A stretch of DNA of 64,000 nucleotides from Candidatus Bathyarchaeota archaeon (GCA_963733095.1 CAVTBV010000002.1:32001-96000); one strand, 5' to 3'. Positions 38,795 through 49,218 are shown, numbered from the stretch's first letter. Notes: generated by a model from the sequence alone, not told the origin. Numbers and translations are program-made.

Positions 38795-39772
38795 CTACTT
38801 GCCCCCGATGACTGCTCCAACATTGTTAGCTTTAGTGACGAAGACTTCTCCTCCGCCATTCTTCGCCAAGTATGTGCTAAGTTCCTTTGAGAGAGTTTCA
38901 GCTTCGCTTTGGTGGTCCATTATGCCATAGATTGTTGGTCCCCAAGAAGTCTGGCAAGCACAAGTGCTTCTGTGCAGCATAATTTTTATAGCCTCTTCAA
39001 CGACGGGGTGGCAGTATGTTCTGCCACATTGGTATTCATTCCAGAATTTGCCCAATTCAGAATTGAACGCTGTTAAGCCTTCTCCGAAGGATTTGAGGTC
39101 GCATTCAACAATGGAGGGTATGATTTTGACCAGTACGATTCGTGAGAGCATGTCTGAGGTTTCTTTAGGCATCAGCTTGAGGTTTCGCAGGATGTGGTCC
39201 TCGTTTTCCCTCATTTTAACGATTTTCTCTTGAGGCTCGTTTGCAATGGCGATGACAAAGTGCCAGTTGTTCGGAACGTCCTGATGGAAGATTAATGGAG
39301 GAATCATCTTTTCTCTTTCTTTAACTCGAAAACCACCTTCAACAATGAATCCGCCGACTTTGAAAGCATGAACGCCAAGGCTCGTGATGGCTCCCCGCTT
39401 CATAGCCAAGGCGATTTCTTCAGTGGTTAACTTTAATCCATACAATTTAGCTAAAGCACTCCCGATCGAAAGCGCAAGAGTTGTGTGGTATCCCATGCCC
39501 ACAAACTTTGGAATACTCTTCTTAACCTTGACTTCTGCGCCTGCTAAATCAAAAGTTTCTGCAAAACGTTTAGTGAAAATGTATGCCGCATCATCTTCCG
39601 CTTTAACTTCATCAGCTTTGGCAACTTCAATTTCAAGACACCTATCGACTGCGAAACCGACGGTTCCATACAGTCTTCCAAGGTCTCCGGTCATGTCAAA
39701 ATTTCCAGTGTGAAGATGAGCAGGGGCAACTACTTTCACTTTGTTAGTTTCTTGCATTAAGTTCCACTGCAT
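38795..39772 (-). CDS. Beta-ribofuranosylaminobenzene 5'-phosphate synthase family (GHMP), diverged paralog
   Basis: PAHLHTG, GMGYHT, GGFIVEGG, CQTSWGPT. Confidence 0.78.
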   Translation of the reverse strand: MQWNLMQETNKVKVVAPAHLHTGNFDMTGDLGRLYGTVGFAVDRCLEIEVAKADEVKAEDDAAYIFTKRFAETFDLAGAEVKVKKSIPKFVGMGYHTTLALSIGSALAKLYGLKLTTEEIALAMKRGAITSLGVHAFKVGGFIVEGGFRVKEREKMIPPLIFHQDVPNNWHFVIAIANEPQEKIVKMRENEDHILRNLKLMPKETSDMLSRIVLVKIIPSIVECDLKSFGEGLTAFNSELGKFWNEYQCGRTYCHPVVEEAIKIMLHRSTCACQTSWGPTIYGIMDHQSEAETLSKELSTYLAKNGGGEVFVTKANNVGAVIGGK

Positions 39773-39807
39773 CGCAGTGCCGTTTGCAGAATTATAAGTT
39801 TTTCGTT

Positions 39808-40779
39808 TCAGTTTTTGTAGACTCTTATTACTGCTCCCCGATTACGGACCTTGGCAACAAACACGTTCCCGCCAACGTCCCCATCGAGGAAAGCCTGAGT
39901 TTTAGCCCGAACCCCTTCAGATTCGTTGCTTTTCACTATGCCATAAACCGCAGGTCCCCAAGAACTCTGCCCAGCTCCGCAAGCTCTATTTTCAAGCATA
40001 AACCCAATAGTCTGGGCTGCTGGAGAACTTGAGAATCGTCCACCTTGGGCCTTTGCAAAACTGTCGCCCACAATGTTCTGAATCTGCGTCACGGCTGCTC
40101 CAAAATTTTCTATCTCTTTTTCAGCTAGGGCTGGTAGAAGCTTCATCATTATCAACCTGCAGATTTTGCCCACCTCTTGGGCTGGCATCGGCGGAAGTCT
40201 TTTGAACGCTACAGTTTCAGCTTCTTTTGCTAACCCCTTTTTTGTATTGGGAATTGCAACTACAAATCGCCATTCATTGGGGAAAGGTTGACGACAGATA
40301 AGTGGGGTAATCTTGTGGTTGGGATTTTGTGTGTTCTTTCCAGATTCAACAACCAATCCCCCCTGCGCGAACACAGCGGTGCCCACGCCAGACTGCGTAG
40401 TTCTCCCCAAAACGGCAGCCCATTCATGTGGCGAAGCCTTTACATCAAACAAACGTGAAATTGAAGCTGCAACAGCTAAAGCCAACTGAGTTCCAGACCC
40501 TAATCCTGCATGCTCAGGAATTACCTGTTTCACTTCAATCGCCACGTTTTCTTTTATTTTGTAGGCTTCCAAGAATCTGGCAGCTAGGTTTTGGGTTAAT
40601 TCAGCCTTTTCTCCTTTGACAGTTAACGTTTGCGACTTTTGGGCTTCGAGAATCACGTTGGGGTGATCAATGGCTACGCCTAAACCACCATAAATCCTGC
40701 CTAAATCACCGTTCAAATCTATAAGTCCCAAATGTAATCTTGCTGGAGTTTTCACGTAGATTTTAATGTTTTTTCTCAT
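39808..40779 (-). CDS. mptG: Beta-ribofuranosylaminobenzene 5'-phosphate (RFA-P) synthase
   Basis: TPARLHLGLID, HAGLGSGTQ, SGVG...F.QGG, GQSSWGP, RNRGA. Confidence 0.82.
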   Translation of the reverse strand: MRKNIKIYVKTPARLHLGLIDLNGDLGRIYGGLGVAIDHPNVILEAQKSQTLTVKGEKAELTQNLAARFLEAYKIKENVAIEVKQVIPEHAGLGSGTQLALAVAASISRLFDVKASPHEWAAVLGRTTQSGVGTAVFAQGGLVVESGKNTQNPNHKITPLICRQPFPNEWRFVVAIPNTKKGLAKEAETVAFKRLPPMPAQEVGKICRLIMMKLLPALAEKEIENFGAAVTQIQNIVGDSFAKAQGGRFSSSPAAQTIGFMLENRACGAGQSSWGPAVYGIVKSNESEGVRAKTQAFLDGDVGGNVFVAKVRNRGAVIRVYKN

Positions 40780-40794
40780 GCCCTAACACCGAAA

Positions 40795-41298
40795 TTATGA
40801 CTTGGGTTTGATTTCTGATTTATCGTACTTTAGTTCAGAGAGAAGGTGAGAAACGGTTTTTTTGTAGGTAGGGTGGATGAAGTCTGGCTCAATTTCAGCC
40901 AAAGGAACCAAAACGAAGGCTCTTTCCTGAATTTTCGGATGTGGTATGTGCAAATCGTTCTCATCTACAATCTGGTCTCCGTAGAATAGGATGTCCAGGT
41001 CAATTATTCTAGGTCCGTTTCTTCCCCCTTCTTTTCTGCCCATTTTCTTTTCCGTACTTTTTAAAAAGTCAAGAAGTTCTCTTGGTTTCAATTCTGTTTC
41101 TACTTTAGCGGACCCGTTCAAGAACCAATCTTGATTTTCCAAATACATCGGCTTAGTTTCATAGAACGAGGATGTCTTGATTAGTTTTATTTTTTGTTTT
41201 AAAATTCCTAGTGCCCTGTTTATGTTTGCTTTTCTGTCTCCGATGTTGGACCCAAATGCGATGTATGCCTCAACCATTTCGGTCCCTTGTAATCTCAA
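40795..41298 (-). CDS. folK: 6-hydroxymethyl-7,8-dihydropterin pyrophosphokinase (bacterial type)
   Basis: GSNIGDR, YETKP, FLN, GPRIIDLDIL, PHP, RAFVLVPL. Confidence 0.92.
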   Translation of the reverse strand: MRLQGTEMVEAYIAFGSNIGDRKANINRALGILKQKIKLIKTSSFYETKPMYLENQDWFLNGSAKVETELKPRELLDFLKSTEKKMGRKEGGRNGPRIIDLDILFYGDQIVDENDLHIPHPKIQERAFVLVPLAEIEPDFIHPTYKKTVSHLLSELKYDKSEIKPKS

Positions 41299-41626
41299 TT
41301 CCCATTTCTGGAGTTTTCCCGTATTTCTCTTTTTTTACGGCTACTGTTACTTTAAAGGTGAGGGAATTATTCAAGATGAGGGATGCAATGGTTTGTGCGA
41401 GGCTTTCTAAGAGTCTGAATTCGCCCTTTGTGACTGCGATGGTTACTTGTTCTTTGACTTGAGCGTAGTCTATGGATTTAGTTAGGTCGTCTGTTGTTCC
41501 TGCTTGGCTTAGGTCACAAAAAATTTCGATGTCTATTATTACGTTTTGTTTTTTTTCCCGTTCCTCTTTAGTAACGCCGATTGTGCAGGGTAAAACTAAA
41601 TTTTTGATTAAGACCTTATCCTTCAA
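41270..41626 (-). CDS. folB: Dihydroneopterin aldolase (bacterial type)
   Basis: IGV..EER..Q, DDLTKSIDY, LLESLA. Confidence 0.9.
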   Translation of the reverse strand: MKDKVLIKNLVLPCTIGVTKEEREKKQNVIIDIEIFCDLSQAGTTDDLTKSIDYAQVKEQVTIAVTKGEFRLLESLAQTIASLILNNSLTFKVTVAVKKEKYGKTPEMGIEITRDRNG

Positions 41627-41978
41627 AATATTCGCACCAACTTTTGGGGGTCTCCCAAACTCTGGTCTTCTCTAAGGTGACTTCATTAGGCAAATTATCT
41701 TTCATGTTTTTATAAATATACCTAGAAATGTTCTCCACGGATGGATTGCCCAATTCTTTGATATCATTAAGAAAACTGTGGTCAAGCCGTTCAGTTATCT
41801 GCCGAAGTTTTTCTTTCAGTAATCTGAGGTCAAATGAAATTCCAATCGAACCCAACTCTTTTGTAACCACGAAAACCTCAACTTTGTAGCTGTGACCATG
41901 AAGCCGCGCGCATTTTCCCTCGTAACCCTCTATTTTGTGGGCAGCGTCGAATTCTGATTCGATTCTTAGTCTGTACAT
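41616..41978 (-). CDS. queD: 6-carboxytetrahydropterin synthase
   Basis: FDAAH, CARLHGHSY, LDHSFLN, NPSVEN, VWET. Confidence 0.9.
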   Translation of the reverse strand: MYRLRIESEFDAAHKIEGYEGKCARLHGHSYKVEVFVVTKELGSIGISFDLRLLKEKLRQITERLDHSFLNDIKELGNPSVENISRYIYKNMKDNLPNEVTLEKTRVWETPKSWCEYFEG

Positions 41979-41990
41979 TTTGATCGCCGT

Positions 41991-42755
41991 CTAAAGAGTT
42001 CCTCGCCATTCAGAGTAAGCATTATGGTCGTGGATAGACTCGAAACTGACACATTTAACTGCGCAATACCTGTTGGGGTACTTTTCTCTTAGAGACTTGA
42101 CGCATTTTCTGACGACGTCTTCAACAAACCTAGCATTGTGGTGCATCTGTTCGACCAACTTCTTTTCTTCGGGACGCTTCAGGATTGAATATGTTGGGGA
42201 GCTAAAACTTTCGCTGCAAACGTTGGTTATATCTGAGAGTTCGATGCCACCTTTTGAAACATCTATCTCAACGCTTAGGTTTCCTCTTTGGTTATGAGTC
42301 AAACCGCCGCACATTTCTTTTGAACAGGGGCAGGCGAGTGCGCCATTGATAGAGATGCCAAGGGACTTGTGTTTGGTGTGCGTCGAGTATTTTGCGAACA
42401 TTTGGCCTATTCCGTTTTCTTTTTCGCCGTTTGGTCGGGTTCGCTCGAATGGAAATTCACAGAACACTTTGGTGCAACAGTCAAAATGATGTTTAGCAAG
42501 GGAGGTTTCAGAGATTTTTTCCGCCAAGTCCTGAATTGATTTTGTTTCCTCGGGAATTTCGTCGATAGACTCTGCAAACCTGCTCATATGTACTCCACGG
42601 CGATCTGAAGGCAATTTGATGTAACTGTTTATTGTAACTATGGTATGATAGCTTGTCGTGGGGCTTTTAACTACAACATATTTTCTTAAGCCTTCCACTC
42701 CAACTTTGTTTAGTTCAATCTCGTTTTCAGGCTTTTCATTTTGGACGTCTTTCAA
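41991..42755 (-). CDS. folE2: GTP cyclohydrolase, FolE2/MptA family
   Basis: DVQ, VGV, RGVHMSRF, ACPCS, HNQR, LKRPEE, FVEDVVR, ESIHDHNA. Confidence 0.88.
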   Translation of the reverse strand: MKDVQNEKPENEIELNKVGVEGLRKYVVVKSPTTSYHTIVTINSYIKLPSDRRGVHMSRFAESIDEIPEETKSIQDLAEKISETSLAKHHFDCCTKVFCEFPFERTRPNGEKENGIGQMFAKYSTHTKHKSLGISINGALACPCSKEMCGGLTHNQRGNLSVEIDVSKGGIELSDITNVCSESFSSPTYSILKRPEEKKLVEQMHHNARFVEDVVRKCVKSLREKYPNRYCAVKCVSFESIHDHNAYSEWRGTL

Positions 42756-43172
42756 CTTTTTTACCTCGTTGTCCGAAAGGGATGCCTTTTTGTGTGAGAA
42801 ACATTGGTTTGTGGCAAAACTTGTGCTTTATTTCAAGCTTCAGTTTTGCGATTAGAGTAATCTATTGCTTCAATGCTTCGCTGTTGGTTTGAATATTTTT
42901 TCAAGGCTGTGTAATTTTTTACAATGCGCGGCTATAAAAGACTTTCCGCAAAAGAACAAAGTCTGAAACAAGCCCTCGCTATTAACAAATAAATGTAAAA
43001 AATGTATTGCTGCAAAAACATCTCGAAAACAGGTTAAGTATTTATCCATTTTTAGGCTTATTTTCATTATAGCACCCGTTTTTGGGTCGTTTTAACAGTT
43101 GAGGCAGGCACTTTAGGCATTAGTAAATTTTAAATACAAAATGAAGCCAATTGTACCTTTGAGGTTATTAGC

Positions 43173-43223
43173 GTGGCTAAGACTGCCAAAAAGGTAACTA
43201 AAAAGGTTAAAAAGAAAAAATAG
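43173..43223 (+). CDS. 16-aa lysine-rich micropeptide MAKTAKKVTKKVKKKK
   Basis: TTTTAAATA at 43128, GAGGT at 43161, GTG start, then AGGG/CCCT hairpin and T-tract. Confidence 0.55.
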   Translation: MAKTAKKVTKKVKKKK

Positions 43224-43395
43224 GGCTTTTTCAAGTTCGCCCAAACCCTCATTTTTCTTTTTTCACTAAGCGAAACTCCCAATATACCTGCTTCACAAAT
43301 TGACATAAAAGCGCTCACTTCCAACTCTTTTCTTAATGCCCACAAAATGTGCTAAAAAACCTTTATCTTACTAAAGTGTTAACCTAGATTGTACG

Positions 43396-44325
43396 GTGAA
43401 TTATTTGGAAAGCAATCCGTTAAGCATAAGTTTTGCCGGTTTGAAATTGGCGAACCCGACGATTCTGGCTTCAGGAATCTTGGGGTACTCTACTGCATCA
43501 CTTAGTCGCATGGCGAAGGGCGGTGCTGGAGCGGTAGTTACAAAATCCGTAGGCATCGAACCCCGAGTGGGTTATTCTAACCCAACGGTGGTTCAAGCTG
43601 AAGCTGGGTTGATTAACGCGATGGGTTTGCCCAATCCGGGTATCGACGTTTACGCTGAAGAAATAAAGTTTTCCAAGACCATCCTACATGTGCCCGTTAT
43701 CGTGAGTGTTTTCGGTTATTCGGCAGAAGAATATGCCACGGTCGCGAAAAAAGCGGTTAATGCAGGCGCCGATGCAATTGAACTCAACGTTTCCTGTCCG
43801 CATGTTCGCCAGACAGGTGCTGAAATCGGTCAGAGCCCAAAATTCCTCTCTGAGGTTGTGTTACAGGTTAAGGCAGCCATCAACAAACCATTGATAGTAA
43901 AGTTGTCACCAAACGTTTCAGATATTGCTGCGTTGGCTCGGACGGCTGTTGAGTCGGGGGCTGATGCGTTGACCGCAGTGAATACGCTTAAGGCAATGGC
44001 GATTGACTCTGAAACAACGCTTCCACTCCTCAGCAACGTAAAAGGCGGATTGTCGGGACCAGCAGTTAAGCCAGTCGCTTTGCGGTGCGTTTACGATATA
44101 CATGAAGCATTGAATGATATCCCCATTATCGGCTGCGGAGGAATATCAAGTTGGCAGGATGCCGTCGAGTTTTTCTTGGCGGGTGCATCTGCGGTTCAGA
44201 TTGGCACAGCAGTTGCCGTTGACGCGGAAGTTTTCCAAACCATAAATAAAGGCGTAGAAGTATATTTGAGACGAAAGCATTTTAGGAGTGTAAAAGAAAT
44301 TGTCGGCCTTGCACACCACAAATAA
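43396..44325 (+). CDS. pyrD: Dihydroorotate dehydrogenase (family 1B) catalytic subunit
   Basis: LASG, VTKS, NAMGLPNPG, ELNVSCP, VKLSPN, GGLSG, GASAVQIGT. Confidence 0.95.
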   Translation: MNYLESNPLSISFAGLKLANPTILASGILGYSTASLSRMAKGGAGAVVTKSVGIEPRVGYSNPTVVQAEAGLINAMGLPNPGIDVYAEEIKFSKTILHVPVIVSVFGYSAEEYATVAKKAVNAGADAIELNVSCPHVRQTGAEIGQSPKFLSEVVLQVKAAINKPLIVKLSPNVSDIAALARTAVESGADALTAVNTLKAMAIDSETTLPLLSNVKGGLSGPAVKPVALRCVYDIHEALNDIPIIGCGGISSWQDAVEFFLAGASAVQIGTAVAVDAEVFQTINKGVEVYLRRKHFRSVKEIVGLAHHK

Positions 44326-45118
44326 TTCTCTGCGAACAACGCAGATTGTTCGAATTCAAAATGAGAGTCCAACAGTTAAAACCTTCACGTTTACCGATAA
44401 ACTGTGCAGCAAAGCCAAGCCAGGGCAATTTTTGATGCTGTGGATTCCGGGTATAGATGAGATTCCTCTGAGCATTCTGGATGCAGGCGACAATTTGGTC
44501 TCGGTCTCTGTTAAAGCCGTTGGAGATGCAACACGGCACCTTCACAACTTGGACGCAGGGGCAACCATCGGAGTCCGTGGACCATTCGGAAATAACTTCA
44601 CGGAAAGCCGCGGTAGAGTCCTCTTAGTTGGCGGCGGAACAGGCACAGCCCCCTTGCTGTTCTTAGCAAAACAACTGGAAGCAAAAACAGAGCGGCTCTC
44701 GTTTGTAGAGGGCGCTAAAACCAAAGAAGAACTGCTCTTTGTGCATGAATTAGGCGGAATTTGTAGAGAGAAAAATCTAATCACAACAACTGAGGATGGC
44801 ACCGCGGGTTTGCAGTGCCTTGTCACCCAGCCGCTTGCCGAGCTTTTGGACAAAGAACACCTTGACATGATTTACACATGTGGTCCCGAAGTTATGGTCA
44901 AGAAAATCTTTGAAATGACTGAGCAGCGCAAGTTGCCGTTGGAAGCAAGTTTGGAGCGGCTGATGCGATGCGGGATTGGTTTGTGCGGAAGCTGCGTCAT
45001 CGGTAAGTACCGGGTTTGCAGGGATGGCCCAGTTTTTACTGCAGCGCAACTGCGCGAAGTCAAAGGAGAGTTGGGCGTTTCAAAGATTGGCTTTGACGGT
45101 TCACGCATCCCCTTTTAA
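44300..45118 (+). CDS. pyrK: Dihydroorotate dehydrogenase electron transfer subunit
   Basis: PGQF, RGPFG, GGGTG, TCGPE, MRCGIGLCGSC...VCRDGPVF. Confidence 0.93.
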   Translation: MSALHTTNNSLRTTQIVRIQNESPTVKTFTFTDKLCSKAKPGQFLMLWIPGIDEIPLSILDAGDNLVSVSVKAVGDATRHLHNLDAGATIGVRGPFGNNFTESRGRVLLVGGGTGTAPLLFLAKQLEAKTERLSFVEGAKTKEELLFVHELGGICREKNLITTTEDGTAGLQCLVTQPLAELLDKEHLDMIYTCGPEVMVKKIFEMTEQRKLPLEASLERLMRCGIGLCGSCVIGKYRVCRDGPVFTAAQLREVKGELGVSKIGFDGSRIPF

Positions 45119-45162
45119 CCACCCTTTATTTCCATTTAGTTAGACTTTCTTATTGGCGGAAA

Positions 45163-46182
45163 GTGGCTAAGAAAAAAGATTGTGAGGAAAGTACAATGGA
45201 AAATTTGGCAATTGAAAGCAAAGATGTTTCTTGGACTGTTGACGGTATCAGTGTTTATGGAACAATTACGGCTCCTGCAAATTTAGCGTCTAGTTGTGGG
45301 GCTGTTTTTGTAGCTGGGAGTGGCCCAACTGACCGCGATTGGTGTTCTCCCCTTTTGCCTGGAACTAACGGAAGCGGGAAATTGTTGGCTGAGTTGTTGG
45401 CTCAAGAGGGGTTTGTTACTCTGCGTTATGATAAGCGTGCTTCTGGACCTCATGTCATGGAGAACATATCTAAGTTAATCGGCAAAATTAGCATGCAAAG
45501 CCACATAGACGAATTGTCAGGAGCTGTGGAAACACTGATTTCCGAGGGGCATGTTAGGGACGATTGTGTTTTTGCCATTACAAACAGCGAAGGAGCAATT
45601 CATGCCTTGAACTATCAGATGCAGTCTAAGAGTCGTCATTTCAAGGGGTTGGTGCTTACGGGTGCTCCCGGAAGGTCCATTGGAGCAGTCGGTCGGAGCC
45701 AGATTTTAGCGCAGGTTAAGGCTTTACCAAACGGCGACGACATCATGAAGCGTTATGATGAGGCAATCGTGGCGTTTGTGGCTGGCAAGCCTGTGGTACC
45801 CGAAGTTGGTTTTCCCGAGGACATTCGTCAGTTGCTTTTGAGTTTGGTAAGCCCCGCCAATTTGCCGTTTGCCCGGGAACTCTGGTTATATGACCCTTCT
45901 GAAGTCATCGCAAAAGTGAACGAGCCCATCTTGGTAGTTATTGGAAAGAAAGATAACCAAGTTGACTGGCAAGCCGACGGCAAAGTCCTCCAGAAGGCAA
46001 CCGCCCAAAAAACCAACATAGCTTTCGTTTACCCAGAAAACGCCAACCACGTCCTAAAACACGACAAGACACCAAGAGAACAACTCACTGCACAAGCATC
46101 GTTAAACTATAACGCGCCAGATACGAAACTTGACCAAGAAACTGCCGAAACGATAATTAACTGGCTTAAAAAACAAACCTAA
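45163..46182 (+). CDS. Alpha/beta hydrolase
   Basis: AGSGPTDRD, LRYDKR, NSEG nucleophile elbow, D.QV, NHVLK. Confidence 0.85.
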   Translation: MAKKKDCEESTMENLAIESKDVSWTVDGISVYGTITAPANLASSCGAVFVAGSGPTDRDWCSPLLPGTNGSGKLLAELLAQEGFVTLRYDKRASGPHVMENISKLIGKISMQSHIDELSGAVETLISEGHVRDDCVFAITNSEGAIHALNYQMQSKSRHFKGLVLTGAPGRSIGAVGRSQILAQVKALPNGDDIMKRYDEAIVAFVAGKPVVPEVGFPEDIRQLLLSLVSPANLPFARELWLYDPSEVIAKVNEPILVVIGKKDNQVDWQADGKVLQKATAQKTNIAFVYPENANHVLKHDKTPREQLTAQASLNYNAPDTKLDQETAETIINWLKKQT

Positions 46183-46305
46183 TGTCTCAAGCGGTAGAGT
46201 AGTAAAAAAATTAGGGGCTATTCTGAGAAGTATTCAACCGTTTCCTATTAGTATGTTCAGGCAAAACAGGCTTGGTTTTAGCTAAAGAGTTAAACCACTC
46301 ATTCT

Positions 46306-49218
46306 ATGAGTATTTTAGGCAGGAAAATGCAAATAGAAAGTATCAATTCCGTTTTCGAATTACTCGCCAAACCCGTCCGGAAAGCCTTAGCCCAGCTTGG
46401 ATTCACCGCGCCAACCCTGCCCCAGACATTGTCTTTTCCGCCAATTCTCAAGGGCAAAAACGTGCTTTTGATAGCGCCCACTGGAACAGGAAAGACAGAG
46501 GCGGTTCTCTTGCCAATTTTTTCTAAGCTAATCGAACAGAAAAACCAGGACCAGAGCGGCATCCAAGTAATCTACATCACGCCATTAAGAGCACTCAACC
46601 GTGATATGTTCAAGCGCTTGACGTTTTGGAGCCAACAACTAGACATAACCGTTGAGGTTCGCCATGGAGACACTGAAATGAAAATCCGCCGAAAACAAGC
46701 ACTAAAACCGCCTCAAATCCTCGTCACCACACCAGAGACTTTGCAGGCGATTTTGCCCGGTTCACAGATGCGCCGACACCTCAGCAACATGCAATGCGTA
46801 ATAATCGATGAGGTGCATGATTTGGCAGAGAGCAAACGGGGTGCACAACTGACTATTGCACTTGAACGTATGGTTGAGGCAACTGGGAAAGATTTTCAGA
46901 GGATTGGCTTATCTGCTACTGTTGGCAATCCCGAGGAAGTTGGACGTTTCATTGTTGGTGCAAGCCGAGAAATCAGCGTTGTGCAGGCGGTTTTGGCTAA
47001 GAATTACCGTTACCGTGTTGAGTTTTTAATGCCCTCTGAGAAGGATTATGAGTTGGCGGCTAAACTGGAAACTTCGCCTGAAGCGTCGGCGAGAATTCGT
47101 CGATTGTCTGAATTGATTGATTCGCACAAATCGACTTTGGTTTTCGTGAATAGCCGTACTATCGCTGAACTTTTGGGACACCGCTTTGACCAACTTAACC
47201 TGACAGATATAGCGGTGCATCATGGTTCGTTATCTCGCGAAGAACGTGTGCTGACCGAGGATGCTTTCAAAGCAGGAACCCTGAAAGCAATTATTTGCAC
47301 CAGTACGCTAGAGTTGGGCATAGACATAGGCAATGTGGACTTGGTTATTCAGTATATGTCTCCGCGGCAAGTAAGCAGCCTCATTCAAAGGGTAGGTCGA
47401 AGCGGCCACAGTTTGGAGAGGCTTTCAGAAGGCATTATCGTTACGGCTTTCCCAGATGACACTTTGGAATCCATGGCGGCAGTCGCAAACGCCAAAGCCA
47501 ACAAGATTGAACCAGTAATCTTCCATAAGAACGCCTTAGATGTTTTGGCGCATCAAATCGCAGGTATCCTCATGGATAAAGAAAGTATCACCCAACAAGA
47601 ACTCTTAACGCTGATTCAAAGGGCTTACCCATACAGCACGCTAACTGAAGAAAAACTTCGGGATGTAGTGCAGTTTTTGGAAAGCCTCCGCAAACTAAGA
47701 ACCGAACAAGAGGGGAAAGTTTTGAAGAAAACTGGACGAACACGTGAATACTACTACAGCAACCTGTCTATGATTCCCGACGAGAAACGTTATCCCGTCA
47801 TAAACATAATCAGCGACCGAAAAATCGGCACCTTAGGCGACGAATTCATGACCCTGCATGCACGCGTGGGTCTGCATTTTGTTATGCGTGGAAAGGTTTG
47901 GCGCATCGTCCAAATTGAGGATGAAACGGGAACCGTGCATGTTTTGCCTGCGGAAGACCCTTCAGCGGCTATTCCAGGGTGGGATGGCGAGATTTTGCCT
48001 GTGCCATTTGATCTTGCACAGCAGACTGGCGTAATGCGTGAAAAAGTTGCGAATTTACTCAAAGAGGGCAAAAAGCCTGAGGTAGCGGCTGAAGAGTTAG
48101 CGTTGGAGATGAAGACTGACAAGGGAACGCTCGTTGATACGGCTTTGGAGATTGCTGAGCAACTTAAAGAGGGAGCTCCGTTGCCTACGCAGAACCGCAT
48201 AGTCATAGAGGTTTTAGACCGCTACATCGTCGTTCACGCGTGTTTTGGCGAGTTGGTCAACCGTACATTCGGTGGAATCTTTGATTCGGTTCTCTCAGAA
48301 CGTGAAGCAATTACTGGTTGGTGGACAGATGGCTACAGAATCCTAATCGAGACCAGCCATAAACCATCAATGCAAGAAGTTGGCGGCTTGGCGAAAGAGC
48401 TTTTTGATTTATCGGATGAGAGGGTAGCTGAGGCTTTCTTGAATCATGTGAACTCAAAATTCCCGTTCGTTAGCCGAATGAAGGCTATTGCGGAACGCTT
48501 TGGAGCTTTGCCACGGGGAAAAACCTTAGCTCACTCCGACCGCGCCGAAAAGCTCAAAGCCGCCTTCGAAGGCACACCCATTTACGATGAAACTCTGCGG
48601 GAAGTCATGATGGATAAAGTCGACTTGCCCCAAGTTAGAAGAATAATTCACGACATAAAAGAAGGAAAAATCACGGTCAACACCGTTACCCGCGAAAAAC
48701 CGTCGCCACTGGCTTACCACATCCTGATGCAGTATGCAGACACCGCCGAACTCATGGCTCCCGAACGCCTGCTCTTAACCAACATCGACCGCATGAAACA
48801 CTCCATCGAGGCCCGAGTCGCCAAACTGCTCTGCATGAATTGCGGCGCTTGGACCAAACAAATCCGAATAAAAGACTTAGCTCAGGAACCTGAATGCGAA
48901 AACTGCTACTCTCATCTCATAACGCTGCTGTACTTCAGCCAAGATGCGGATAAGCTGGTAGAGGATTTGCAGAAGCGTCGGGAAGGCAAAGAACTAACGC
49001 CCGAAGAACTCAAAGAACTCAGCAACGCCAGACGCAAGGCTGATTTGATTTTGAGTTATGGAAAACAGGCGGTTCGTGCCTTGCAGGTGAAGGGTGTTGG
49101 TCCAGAGACAGCTTCAAGGATTCTGGGCAGGATGCATCCTGACGAAGACACATTCTATATGGATTTGCTTAAAGCCAAGGTTCAGTATTTGCGCACAAGA
49201 GAATTCTGGGACAAGTAA
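46306..49218 (+). CDS. lhr: Lhr-family DEAD/H helicase
   Basis: APTGTGKT, ITPLRALNRD, TTPETL, DEVH, GLSAT, QRVGRSGH, SMIPD, C-terminal Zn finger. Confidence 0.92.
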   Translation: MSILGRKMQIESINSVFELLAKPVRKALAQLGFTAPTLPQTLSFPPILKGKNVLLIAPTGTGKTEAVLLPIFSKLIEQKNQDQSGIQVIYITPLRALNRDMFKRLTFWSQQLDITVEVRHGDTEMKIRRKQALKPPQILVTTPETLQAILPGSQMRRHLSNMQCVIIDEVHDLAESKRGAQLTIALERMVEATGKDFQRIGLSATVGNPEEVGRFIVGASREISVVQAVLAKNYRYRVEFLMPSEKDYELAAKLETSPEASARIRRLSELIDSHKSTLVFVNSRTIAELLGHRFDQLNLTDIAVHHGSLSREERVLTEDAFKAGTLKAIICTSTLELGIDIGNVDLVIQYMSPRQVSSLIQRVGRSGHSLERLSEGIIVTAFPDDTLESMAAVANAKANKIEPVIFHKNALDVLAHQIAGILMDKESITQQELLTLIQRAYPYSTLTEEKLRDVVQFLESLRKLRTEQEGKVLKKTGRTREYYYSNLSMIPDEKRYPVINIISDRKIGTLGDEFMTLHARVGLHFVMRGKVWRIVQIEDETGTVHVLPAEDPSAAIPGWDGEILPVPFDLAQQTGVMREKVANLLKEGKKPEVAAEELALEMKTDKGTLVDTALEIAEQLKEGAPLPTQNRIVIEVLDRYIVVHACFGELVNRTFGGIFDSVLSEREAITGWWTDGYRILIETSHKPSMQEVGGLAKELFDLSDERVAEAFLNHVNSKFPFVSRMKAIAERFGALPRGKTLAHSDRAEKLKAAFEGTPIYDETLREVMMDKVDLPQVRRIIHDIKEGKITVNTVTREKPSPLAYHILMQYADTAELMAPERLLLTNIDRMKHSIEARVAKLLCMNCGAWTKQIRIKDLAQEPECENCYSHLITLLYFSQDADKLVEDLQKRREGKELTPEELKELSNARRKADLILSYGKQAVRALQVKGVGPETASRILGRMHPDEDTFYMDLLKAKVQYLRTREFWDK

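Noticed and set aside
41616-41978. PTPS-III (FolB bypass) assignment
   Set aside because: The motif is CxxxHGH (QueD/PTPS-I type), and folB is adjacent.
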